Part shown: piece after piece, positions 9,675 to 18,361 of the stretch
How the letters are laid out: each line of letters begins with the position of its first letter
Position numbering within the stretch: the first letter of the stretch is position 1
From: Myxococcota bacterium
GTDB taxonomy: Bacteria; Myxococcota_A; UBA796; CAJQPC01
Direction of reading: 5' to 3'
Length of the DNA stretch: 64,000 nt
Assembly: GCA_036229005.1 (NCBI GenBank)
Contig: JAZAMN010000071.1
Location: 128,001-192,000 of the forward strand
The notes under the pieces: model-generated
Told to the model about the DNA's origin: nothing
The model's database searches: none
What the model saw: the letters and a program-made list of their open reading frames with translations, nothing else
Translations under genes and position numbers: made by a program

Positions 9675-11563
9675 TGCTCCTGGGACTGCTGGCCCTGGCC
9701 TGCGAGACGCCCGAGACCCAAGACACCCAGGTCTGCGTGACCGACGCGGTCTTCTTTGAAGAAGAGGTGGCGCCGGTGCTCTCCGACTGCGTGGGCTGCC
9801 ACCTGGAGGGCGGGGTGGCCTCCGAAGCCCGCTACGCGCTGGCGGTGGGCACAGACGAGGACACCCTGGCCGCGAACCGCGCCGCACTCGAGGCCTTCAT
9901 CCTGGACACCGAGGACGGCGCCGATCTGCTGCTGGACAAGCCCAGCGGGCAGATCTCCCACGCCGGCGGCCTGCGCATGGACCGCTCGGACCCGGCCTAC
10001 GCCGCCCTCCACGAGTTCGTGGCCCGCACCCAGGACCCCGGCGGCTGCGCGCACCCCGGCACGCCCCTGCCCACCTGCGACGGCGGCGAGCTCCAGGGCG
10101 CGCCCATCGCCCCCCGGCGCCTGACGGACGCCCAGATCCGCAACGCCGCCCGGGACCTCTTCGGCGTCGACCCCGGCCCCGGGGTGTTCCCGCCCAGCGT
10201 GCGCGGCAAGGACTTCCGCACCTTCGCCAGCGCCAACCCGGTCAGCGGACCGGACGCCGAGCAGCTCATGCTGGCCGCCGAGACCGTCGCCGAGCTGGTG
10301 GACGTGGACGCGCTGCTGGCCGGCTGCGCCACCGACGCCTGCGCCCACGACTGGGTGCTGGAGACCGCCGAGCGCGCCTACCGGCGCCCCCTGACCCAGA
10401 AGGAGCAGCAGATCGCCACCCGCTTTGTGGACGCGGGGCTCTCGGTGGACGAGGGCGTGCGCATGTCCATCATGCTGCTGCTGCAGTCCCCGCAGTTCCT
10501 GTACCTGGACGCGGTCCCCGAAGACTCGGGCGTGCTGGACGACCACGCCATCGCGGCGCGGCTGGCCTTCTTCCTGACCGACACCCTGCCCGACGAGACC
10601 CTGCGGGAGGCGGCTGCCGCCGGGGAGCTGCACACCCGCGAGCAGGTCGCCGCCCAGGCCGCCCGGCTGGTCCAGGACCCCCGCGCTCTGCGGGCCGTGG
10701 AGAACTTCCACGACGACTGGCTGGACGGCTACCGCATGGACGGCGCTGAGCGGGACGCCAGCTACTACCCGCACTTCTCCGAGGCCACCCTGGCCAGCAT
10801 GCAGGCCGAGATGGACCTGATGGTCACCGAGGTGCTCTGGGGCGGCGAGGCCACCTTCGCCAACCTGATGTTCAGCCAGACCACCTGGGTGGACTCCGAA
10901 CTGGCTGCCATCTACGACCTGCCCGATCCTGGCCCCGGCTGGCACCGGGTGGAGCTGGGGCCGGAGCGCCCCGGGGTCCTGACGCGGGCGGGCTTCCTCA
11001 CGGGACACGCCTACACCGCGTCCAGCTCGCCGGTGCAGCGGGGGGCCTTCGTGCTGCAGGAGATGCTCTGCGAGGAGCTGGTGCCCCCGCAGGACGTCAA
11101 CATGGACCTGCCCCCCGAGTCCGAGGAGGCCGAAACCATCCGCGAGCGCCTGGCCCAGCACGCCGCCGACCCCGCGTGCGCGAGCTGCCATGACCGCATG
11201 GACCCCATCGGCTTCGCCTTCGAGAACTTCGACGCCGTGGGCTCCTGGCGCGATGCCTGGGAGTCGGGCATCCCGGTGGACGCCACCGGCAGCCTCGCGG
11301 ATCCCGCTGGGGACTTTGACGGCGCCGCCGAGATGCTGGGCAGCGTGGCCACCTCCGAGCGCGCCATGCGCTGCTACGCGCAGCGCTGGTACGAGTACGG
11401 CCAGGGGCGCCCGGTGGACGACGCCGACCTGTGCAGCCTGAGCGCCGTGCAGGCCCGCTTCGAGGCCTCGGGCGGCGACATCCGTGCCCTGATGGTGGAC
11501 ATCGCGGTCAGCGACGCCTTCCGCGCCCAGATTCCCTCCGAGACCGCCCAGGAGGCCGAATGA
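9671..11563 (+). CDS. DUF1592/DUF1588 (PSD-type) lipoprotein with two CxxCH motifs
   Basis: RRLT, RAYRRPL, LLQSPQFLY, SSPVQRG and CASCHDRMDPIGFAFENFDAVG; N-terminal CVGCH; ATGA overlap. Confidence 0.9.
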   Translation: MMLLGLLALACETPETQDTQVCVTDAVFFEEEVAPVLSDCVGCHLEGGVASEARYALAVGTDEDTLAANRAALEAFILDTEDGADLLLDKPSGQISHAGGLRMDRSDPAYAALHEFVARTQDPGGCAHPGTPLPTCDGGELQGAPIAPRRLTDAQIRNAARDLFGVDPGPGVFPPSVRGKDFRTFASANPVSGPDAEQLMLAAETVAELVDVDALLAGCATDACAHDWVLETAERAYRRPLTQKEQQIATRFVDAGLSVDEGVRMSIMLLLQSPQFLYLDAVPEDSGVLDDHAIAARLAFFLTDTLPDETLREAAAAGELHTREQVAAQAARLVQDPRALRAVENFHDDWLDGYRMDGAERDASYYPHFSEATLASMQAEMDLMVTEVLWGGEATFANLMFSQTTWVDSELAAIYDLPDPGPGWHRVELGPERPGVLTRAGFLTGHAYTASSSPVQRGAFVLQEMLCEELVPPQDVNMDLPPESEEAETIRERLAQHAADPACASCHDRMDPIGFAFENFDAVGSWRDAWESGIPVDATGSLADPAGDFDGAAEMLGSVATSERAMRCYAQRWYEYGQGRPVDDADLCSLSAVQARFEASGGDIRALMVDIAVSDAFRAQIPSETAQEAE

Positions 11564-12945
11564 GCCGCATCAACCGCCGCGCCTTCCTCCGCGCCGGCGC
11601 CGCTACCCTGGCCGTGCCCGCCCTGACGCGCTTCCGCAGCGCCCACGCCGCCACCTATGGGCTGCCCAAGCGCATGCTGGTGCTGCACAGCCCCCAGGGC
11701 ACCGTGATGCGGGACTGGGTGCCCACCGGCAGCATCGAGGACTTCGCCCTGGGGCCCATCACCTCGCCGCTGGCCCCCTTCCAGGACCGCATCATCGTGG
11801 TCGCCGGCTGCGACAACAAGATGCCCGGCTACAACAGCGTCGGGAACGCGCACTACAACGCCAACCAGACCTTCCTGACCGGCCGGCCCTTCGCCGCCCA
11901 GGACTCGGCGGCCATCTCCGCGGGCGGCCCCAGCATCGAGCAGGTCATCGCCAGCCGCATCTCCACGGAGACCCCCTTCCCCCGCCTGGACTTCGCCATC
12001 GGCGGCAGCGACAACGGCACGGGCTTCTTCACGCCCACCGAGAGCAGCTACTTCTGGATCGACGCCTACGACCCGGTCTCCTACTTCAACGACCCTGTCC
12101 TCGCGTCGCTGCGGATCTTCGGGGATGCCTCGGTCGCGCCCGCGGACCAGTGGGCCGAGCGCGCGACGCGGGCCAGCGTGCTTGGCGGTGTGCTCGCGAA
12201 CTTCGACGCGCTCTCCCCCTCCCTCTCCAGCGAGGACCGCAGCCGCCTGGACGCCCACGCGGAGAAGGTGGCCGCCCTGGAGGCCCGCATCGCCTCGGGC
12301 ACCGGCGCGTGCACGCCGCCCACCCTCAGCCTGCCCTCGGACTACGACCTGGCCGACGACGACGACGTGACCGCGCCCGTGATGGCCGACGTGCTGATCA
12401 CCGCGCTGGCCTGCGACATGACCCGGGTGGCCACGCTGCACTTCGCCAACGGGCACTCCCCCACCTTCCCCTGGCTGACCGCCCGCAACGGCGGGAGCCC
12501 CATCGTGGACCCCAGCCTCTTCGACGTGTGGCACACCATGGTCCACGCCGACTACCAGGCCGGCATGGAGCTGGCCTACCAGTGGTACTACGAGCAGTGG
12601 GCCGCCATCCTGGAGCAGATGGCCAACACCACCGACGCCGACGGCGACAACCTGCTGGACACCACGCTGGTCATGATGGTCTCCGAGTTCAGCTCGGGGC
12701 GGCACTGGAACCGCAACCTGCCCATCGTGTTGGCCGGCTGCGTGGGGGACGCGCCCCTGGGCCGCTGGCTGGACTACCGACCCGGCAGCGTCGACGACTA
12801 CGAGGCGGCCAACGGCTATCTGGACAGCGCCTACAGCACCAACCAGCTCTACGTCTCGCTGCTGCAGGCCTTCGGCTACTCCGACGAGGCCTTTGGCTAC
12901 ACCGCCGACGAGCTCCCCGCGGGGCCCCTGCCCGGCCTTCTCTGA
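11560..12945 (+). CDS. DUF1552 (HxxSHH-family) Tat-exported protein
   Basis: Tat motif NRRAFL; SIEQVIA, ALACDMTRVATL and NLLDTTLV motifs; canonical position downstream of the DUF1592 gene. Confidence 0.9.
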   Translation: MSRINRRAFLRAGAATLAVPALTRFRSAHAATYGLPKRMLVLHSPQGTVMRDWVPTGSIEDFALGPITSPLAPFQDRIIVVAGCDNKMPGYNSVGNAHYNANQTFLTGRPFAAQDSAAISAGGPSIEQVIASRISTETPFPRLDFAIGGSDNGTGFFTPTESSYFWIDAYDPVSYFNDPVLASLRIFGDASVAPADQWAERATRASVLGGVLANFDALSPSLSSEDRSRLDAHAEKVAALEARIASGTGACTPPTLSLPSDYDLADDDDVTAPVMADVLITALACDMTRVATLHFANGHSPTFPWLTARNGGSPIVDPSLFDVWHTMVHADYQAGMELAYQWYYEQWAAILEQMANTTDADGDNLLDTTLVMMVSEFSSGRHWNRNLPIVLAGCVGDAPLGRWLDYRPGSVDDYEAANGYLDSAYSTNQLYVSLLQAFGYSDEAFGYTADELPAGPLPGLL

Positions 12946-12949
12946 GGGC

Positions 12950-15900
12950 TCAGCCCGGGAACAGGCCCAGGCGCTGCAGGCGCCCCACGAAGCTGCGCCG
13001 GAGCTCCTCCGGCATGCCGGAGAGCTGGCGCTGGACCAGCTCGCGCAGCTCCTGGTCGGGGGAGACGCCCAGGGTGCCCAGCAGGAGCAGGGCCTCCATG
13101 CGGAGGGCGGCCATCCCGGGGGTCTGGGTGAGCTTGGCGCAGCGCTTGGCGTGGGCCAGGGCGGCGCCGCTGGCGCCCTCGCGGATCATGGCCCAGGAGC
13201 GGTAGAGCTCCCAGCGGGCGGCGTCGCCGACGCCGGGTGGGGGCTGGGGGCTGTGCTTGAGGCCGCGCACGCCGACGGGGCCCAGGACCTGCATGCCGAC
13301 GTGGTAGAGCAGCTCCTGGCCGACAGGGTCCAGGACAGGATCCGCCAGCTCCTGGGAGACGAGGCCGGGCAGGATGGCCTGGCACTCGTCGGTCTGACCA
13401 GCGCTCATGTAGGCCTCGCTCAGCAGGAGCTGGGCGCGGGAGACCAGGTCGGGCTGCTCGGCGTTGCGGGCGATGCGCATGGCGCGGCGGGCGCGGTCCA
13501 GGGCGACCCGCAGGCGGCCGTCCAGCAGGGCCAGATCGGCGCTGTGCAGCATGCAGGCGGCGCGCTCGCGGGGGTGGCCGTCGTCCAGCTTCTGCTCGGC
13601 CAGCTCCAGGGCACGGGTGGCCCGGATCAGGTTTCCGGCGCGCAGCTCCAGGGTGCCCAGGCCCAGCAGGCTGCGGCCTTCCTGCAGGCGGTCCCCGGAC
13701 TTGCGGGCGGCGCTCAGGGCGCGCTCCCAGGTGCGTGCGGCCTCGGCGCGCTGACCGTCGGCCAGCCAGGCGTCAGCCAGGGCGCGGGTGAAGTCGTGGC
13801 GCGAGGGGTGGGAGACGGGCAGCACCTCCAGGGCGGCCTGGAGCTGGCCGCGGGCCTGGCCGGGCTCGCCCAGATCCAGCAGCGCCTGGCCCAGCAGGCC
13901 GCGGATGCGGGCCTGCTCGCTGGCCTCCAGGTGGCTCATGGAGAGGGCCTCGTGCAGGCAGTGCCCAGCCTCGGCGGGCTCGCCCTGCTCCAGCAGGACC
14001 TCGCCCTGCAGGGAGAGCATGGTGCAGGCGAGCTGGGGCTGGTCGGGCTCCGGCATGAGGGCCCGGACCTCGAGCGAACGCTCGGCCAGCCGGCGGGCCG
14101 CGCCCAGGCGGCGCCGGCGGCGCTCCCAGCTCGCGGCGCGGGCCAGCAGGGGCCAGGCCTGGGCGGGCTCGCCGGCCCGCAGCAGGTGGGTGGCGGCGCG
14201 CTCGGCCACGGAGCCGATGCGGCGGCGGTGCTTGCGCTGGAGCAGCGCGGCGGCCTGGCGGTTGAGCTCCGCGCGGCTGCCGCCGTCCAGGCCCTCCAGG
14301 ACCACCCGCAGGGTGTCCTTCTGGGCAAAGCGAAGCTGCTCCTGCAGGCCCTCGCCGGCGCGGAGCAGCAGGGGGTCCAGGCGGGGGTCGCTCAGGGCGC
14401 GGGGGCCGCCGGGGCTCAGGCCTGCGATCAGCCCCAGGTCGGCCTCGCCGTCCAGGATGGCCAGGGCCTCCAGGGCCTGGCGCGCGGCGTGCCCGATCTC
14501 GGCCAGGATGCCCTCGACGAGCTCCCGATGGGCCTGGGGTACGGGCAGCTCTCCCCCCCGGACGCGCGCGGCCGGGACGGTGAGGACGAGACCTTCGTCG
14601 GAGGCCTCCAGCCACCCTGCCTCGTGAAAGGCCTGGAGCGCCTGGAGCACGCCCCCGGGGCGGCCCTCGCACCAGGCGTGGAGGCGCTGACCGGCCACCC
14701 GGGCGGCCTTGGCGCTCAAGCCCTGGTCCCGCAGCATGGCGACGATGGCGCGGCGGGGCAGCGGGCCGCAGTCCAGGGCCTGGGCCTCCAGATCGATCCA
14801 CAGGCCGGAGCGCAGGCGCTCCAGCAGGAAGGCGGTGTCCTCGCTCAACGGCTGCCCGGTGCGCCCGGTGAGTACGTAGATCAGCAGGACCTGGCGGGCC
14901 AGGCGGTCATCGCGCAGCAGGGCCTCGATGGCGCCCATGTCTGCACGGGTGCCTCGGTCCAGGTCATCCACCAAGAGCAGTGTGGGCTCGGGTACGACCC
15001 CCTCCAGAGTCAGCTCCTCCAGGGCCTGACCCAAGGGGGCGTCGCCAGGCAGTCGGCGCTGGAGCACCCGGAGCCCCAACTCGCTGGCCTGCTCGGAGAT
15101 GGCGCCCAGGAGCGCGCTGCGGCCGCTGCCCGGGAGGCCCAGGATGGCCATCTCACCGCCCTGCCCGCGGCGGAGCTCGCTGATGCGCTGACCGGCGTGG
15201 CGCAGATCCTGCTGGCGGCCGTGAAGGCGCTGGTGGTGACCGGTGTCGGGGGCGTCCAGGGCCTCCAGAACCTCGCCGGCGGACTGGGGACGCTGGCTGG
15301 GGTCCTTGCGCAGGAGCCGCATGCACAGGCGGGAGAGCTTGTGGGGGCACGCGGGGTTGACCTGCAGAGGCGGGGGCGGGTCCTCCATCAGGTGCTTGGC
15401 CAGGTAGCCGGCGATGGAGTCGGCCTCGACGGGGCGGTTGCCGGTGAGCAGCACGTAGAAGACGGCGCCCAGGGCGTAGAGGTCGACGCGGGGGGAGATC
15501 TCCTCTTCGGTGATCTGCTCGGGGGCCATGAAGGCGACGGTGCCCACCAGGTGCCCGGCCATGGTCAGGTTGGTGGTGAACTGGTCGGGGGCCTTGACCG
15601 AGCCGAAGTCGGTGAGCTTGGGGTTTCCGTGGGCGTCGATGAGGATGTTGGAGGGCTTGATGTCCCGGTGCACGAGGCCGCGGTCGTGGATGTGGGCCAG
15701 GGCCAGGCAGAGGCCCCGCAGCAGCCGGGTGGACTCGGCGAAGCGGTCCACGCCAGGGCGCTCCTCCCAGCGGTGGAGGAGCTCTTCCAGCGTGCCGCCG
15801 CTGACGTGCTCCAGGACCAGGTAGGGGTAGCCCTGCTCCTCTCCCGACGAGAGCACCTTGACCACGTGCGGGCTGTCCATGAGCTGCATGGCCTGGAACT

Positions 15901-16093
15901 CGCGGTGGATGCGCGTGACCTGCTCGGGCGTGGTGCGGTCCGGGTTCATGACCTTGACGGCGACGGGGCCGTCCGGGCCGTCGGCGCGCCAGACGGTGGC
16001 CAGACCTCCGGCGCCCAGGCGCTCCTGGAGGCGGTAGGGGCCGACCAGACTTCCAGGCCCGGGAGGGGGCCCCAGGCGACGGGGTGAACTCAT
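12950..16093 (-). CDS. Ser/Thr kinase - STAND NTPase - TPR-like protein
   Basis: GAGGLATV, HRDIKPSN, DFG, APEQ, LHGR, GLPGSGRS and LLVDD motifs. Confidence 0.92.
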   Translation of the reverse strand: MSSPRRLGPPPGPGSLVGPYRLQERLGAGGLATVWRADGPDGPVAVKVMNPDRTTPEQVTRIHREFQAMQLMDSPHVVKVLSSGEEQGYPYLVLEHVSGGTLEELLHRWEERPGVDRFAESTRLLRGLCLALAHIHDRGLVHRDIKPSNILIDAHGNPKLTDFGSVKAPDQFTTNLTMAGHLVGTVAFMAPEQITEEEISPRVDLYALGAVFYVLLTGNRPVEADSIAGYLAKHLMEDPPPPLQVNPACPHKLSRLCMRLLRKDPSQRPQSAGEVLEALDAPDTGHHQRLHGRQQDLRHAGQRISELRRGQGGEMAILGLPGSGRSALLGAISEQASELGLRVLQRRLPGDAPLGQALEELTLEGVVPEPTLLLVDDLDRGTRADMGAIEALLRDDRLARQVLLIYVLTGRTGQPLSEDTAFLLERLRSGLWIDLEAQALDCGPLPRRAIVAMLRDQGLSAKAARVAGQRLHAWCEGRPGGVLQALQAFHEAGWLEASDEGLVLTVPAARVRGGELPVPQAHRELVEGILAEIGHAARQALEALAILDGEADLGLIAGLSPGGPRALSDPRLDPLLLRAGEGLQEQLRFAQKDTLRVVLEGLDGGSRAELNRQAAALLQRKHRRRIGSVAERAATHLLRAGEPAQAWPLLARAASWERRRRRLGAARRLAERSLEVRALMPEPDQPQLACTMLSLQGEVLLEQGEPAEAGHCLHEALSMSHLEASEQARIRGLLGQALLDLGEPGQARGQLQAALEVLPVSHPSRHDFTRALADAWLADGQRAEAARTWERALSAARKSGDRLQEGRSLLGLGTLELRAGNLIRATRALELAEQKLDDGHPRERAACMLHSADLALLDGRLRVALDRARRAMRIARNAEQPDLVSRAQLLLSEAYMSAGQTDECQAILPGLVSQELADPVLDPVGQELLYHVGMQVLGPVGVRGLKHSPQPPPGVGDAARWELYRSWAMIREGASGAALAHAKRCAKLTQTPGMAALRMEALLLLGTLGVSPDQELRELVQRQLSGMPEELRRSFVGRLQRLGLFPG

Positions 16094-16115
16094 GGGCAGA
16101 GGTTAGCAGGAAGCA

Positions 16116-17357
16116 ATGGCATCCCCCTCCTGGCTCAGTGACCCGCAGGCGGCGTTGCGCAACCTGGTGCGCATGCGCTGGGCGCAGGGTGTGCTGCTGG
16201 CGATCGCGGCCGCGGCGGCGTGGATGGGGAACCGCGAGCTGACCGCGCTGCAGATGCTGATGCCCCTGGCGCTGCTGGGCGTGAGCAACCTGGCGCTGGA
16301 GCGTCTGGTCCAGGCGCGGCACACGCCCCCGTGGATGCCCACCGCCGCGCTGCTGCTGGACCTGGGCCTGCTGACCGTGATCCTCAGCGTGTCGGGGGGA
16401 CCAATGAACCCCTTCGTCGCGGCCTACCTGGCGGTCATCGTGGGGGCCAGCCTGCTGCTGGGCCGCCGCGGGGTGGTCGCGGTGCTGGTGAGCGCGGTGG
16501 CGGCCTACGGGCTGCTCTTCCTGACCCCCGGGGGCCGCTCGGAGCACGCCCAGCACATGGCCGGGCACCTGTGGGGGATGTGGCTGGCCACGGCGCTGGT
16601 GGGCGCCTTCGCGGCGGGCGCGATCCTGGCGTACCGGAGCGCACTGGCGGCGGCGGAAGAGGCCCTTCGGGAGGCGGAGGCGGAGCGTCAGCGGGGTGAA
16701 CAGCTCGCGGCCCTGGGCACCCTGGCGGCGGGGGCGGCGCACGAGCTGGCGACCCCGCTGTCGACCATCGCGGTCGTGGCCAAGGAGCTGGAGCTGCAGC
16801 TTGAGGACCCCCAGGCCCGCGAAGACGCAGCGCTGCTCCGGGAAGAGGTGGGTCGCTGTCGGGGCATTCTGTCGCAGATGGCGGTTCAAGTTGGGGCATC
16901 GCCGGCCAGCTTCGGCGAGCAGATCGCAGTGCGGGAGCTGATCGACGAGGCGCTGACCGGGGTGCTGGAGGCGCCGGAGGTTGAGCTCGTGGTGACCTCG
17001 TCGGCGCGCTGCAGCCTCAAGGTGCCCGGGAGCCTGATGGCCAGCGTGGTGAGGAGCCTTGTGCGCAACGCCCAGCAGGCCTCCTCCCCCGACTCCCCGG
17101 TGCAGCTCCTGGTGGATCGCAGCGACGCGGGCGTGCGCATCTCCGTGAAGGACCGGGGCAAGGGGATGGACGCGGCGACGCTGGCGCGGGCCTTGCAGCC
17201 CTTCTTCACGACCAAGGAGACGGGAGCCGGAATGGGACTGGGTCTGTTCGTGGCAGACAGCGTGGCGCGGCAGTTGGGCGGTAGGCTCCTGCTGGAGTCC
17301 GCGCCGGGTCAGGGCACGACGGCCACCCTGGAGCTCCCGCTGGAGGTGTGTGCATGA
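16116..17357 (+). CDS. regB: RegB/PrrB/ActS-type redox sensor histidine kinase
   Basis: Multiple TM segments; GGPMNPF quinone-binding motif; AAHELATPL H-box; RCRGIL redox Cys; FFTTK and GMGLG boxes. Confidence 0.88.
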   Translation: MASPSWLSDPQAALRNLVRMRWAQGVLLAIAAAAAWMGNRELTALQMLMPLALLGVSNLALERLVQARHTPPWMPTAALLLDLGLLTVILSVSGGPMNPFVAAYLAVIVGASLLLGRRGVVAVLVSAVAAYGLLFLTPGGRSEHAQHMAGHLWGMWLATALVGAFAAGAILAYRSALAAAEEALREAEAERQRGEQLAALGTLAAGAAHELATPLSTIAVVAKELELQLEDPQAREDAALLREEVGRCRGILSQMAVQVGASPASFGEQIAVRELIDEALTGVLEAPEVELVVTSSARCSLKVPGSLMASVVRSLVRNAQQASSPDSPVQLLVDRSDAGVRISVKDRGKGMDAATLARALQPFFTTKETGAGMGLGLFVADSVARQLGGRLLLESAPGQGTTATLELPLEVCA

Positions 17358-17878
17358 GCGACAAAGAGAGCATCCTGGTGGTGGACGACGACGTCCGGCT
17401 GGCCGGCCAGATGGCCCGGGCGCTGGAGCGGCGCGGCTACGTGACCGAGGTCGCGCACGACGGCGGCGAGGCCCTGGAGCTGATGCGCGAGGACCCCACC
17501 GAGTGGGTGCTGCTGGACCTCAAGATGCCGGGCGCCGACGGGCTCTCGGTGCTCAAGGAGATGATGGCGCTCACGCCCCAGCCCCGGGTGGTGATGCTGA
17601 CGGGCTTCGCGTCGCTGGGTACGGCCGTGGAGGCGGCCCACATGGGCGTGGTGCAGGTGCTCCAGAAGCCGGCCGACGCGGACGAGGTGGTGGCAGCGTT
17701 CACAGAGGGTCGAGGGCAGACGGAGGTCCACGCCCCCACCCTCGCGCGGGCGGAGTGGGAGCACATCCAGCGGGTCCTTGACGAATGCGAGGGCAACATC
17801 AGCCAGGCGGCCCGGGTGCTGGGGCTGCACCGGCGGACGCTGCAGCGGAAGCTCTCGAAGAACGCGCCCAAGCGTTGA
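17354..17878 (+). CDS. regA: RegA/PrrA/ActR response regulator
   Basis: REC domain plus the hallmark WEHIQRVL...NISQAARVLGLHRRTLQRKL Fis-type HTH. Confidence 0.93.
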   Translation: MSDKESILVVDDDVRLAGQMARALERRGYVTEVAHDGGEALELMREDPTEWVLLDLKMPGADGLSVLKEMMALTPQPRVVMLTGFASLGTAVEAAHMGVVQVLQKPADADEVVAAFTEGRGQTEVHAPTLARAEWEHIQRVLDECEGNISQAARVLGLHRRTLQRKLSKNAPKR

Positions 17879-17891
17879 GGCTTGGTGGGCG

Positions 17892-18015
17892 TCCGGCCGG
17901 GCATCCGGGGGTGAATGCACGCTCCGGCCGGGCATCCGGGGGTGAATGCACGCCCTCGCCGGGCATCCGGGGGTGAGTGCACGCTCTGGCCGGGCATCCG
18001 GGGGTGAATGCACGC
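17892..18015 (+). repeat. Tandem array, 4 x 31 bp (TCCGGCCGGGCATCCGGGGGTGAATGCACGC), left arm of element B
   Basis: Units start at 17892, 17923, 17954 and 17985. Confidence 0.97.
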
Positions 18016-18040
18016 TCAGGGGCCAGGATCGCGTGGAGTT

Positions 18041-18157
18041 CGGGCGTTCAGGGCGGGATGCCCCGGAAACGCGGGCGTTCAGGGGAGGATGCCCCGGAGA
18101 GGCGGGCGTTCAGGGCGGGATGCCCCGGAGAGGCGGGCGTTCAGGGCGGGATGCCCC
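18041..18157 (-). repeat. Tandem array, about 3.8 x 31 bp (CGGGCGTTCAGGGCGGGATGCCCCGGAGAGG), inverted right arm of element B
   Basis: Units start at 18041, 18072, 18103 and 18134. The reverse complement GGGCATCC-N5-TGAACGCCCG matches the left-arm GGGCATCC-N5-TGAATGCACG. Confidence 0.95.
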
Positions 18158-18166
18158 ACTCAGCCC

Positions 18167-18361
18167 TCACTCCCAGGCCAGCGGAAGGGCCTCGCGCAGC
18201 GCCGAGTGGGCAATCACCGACGGTGCTGACCCAGACAGCAGCCCCGGCGCACCCGGCGGGAAGGGGCCGGAGCACAGGTCCACCCTGAACCCACCGCCCG
18301 ACGCCGGCCCTTGCGGCGGTACCGATGGCCCCGGCGCTCCACACCCCAGCAGCCACCACAT
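18167..18361 (-). CDS. Small (64 aa) lipoprotein-like ORF or gene remnant
   Basis: ATG overlaps the kinase TGA (TGATG). Starts MWWLLG-C, like other short lipoprotein leaders in the window. Confidence 0.35.
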   Translation of the reverse strand: MWWLLGCGAPGPSVPPQGPASGGGFRVDLCSGPFPPGAPGLLSGSAPSVIAHSALREALPLAWE

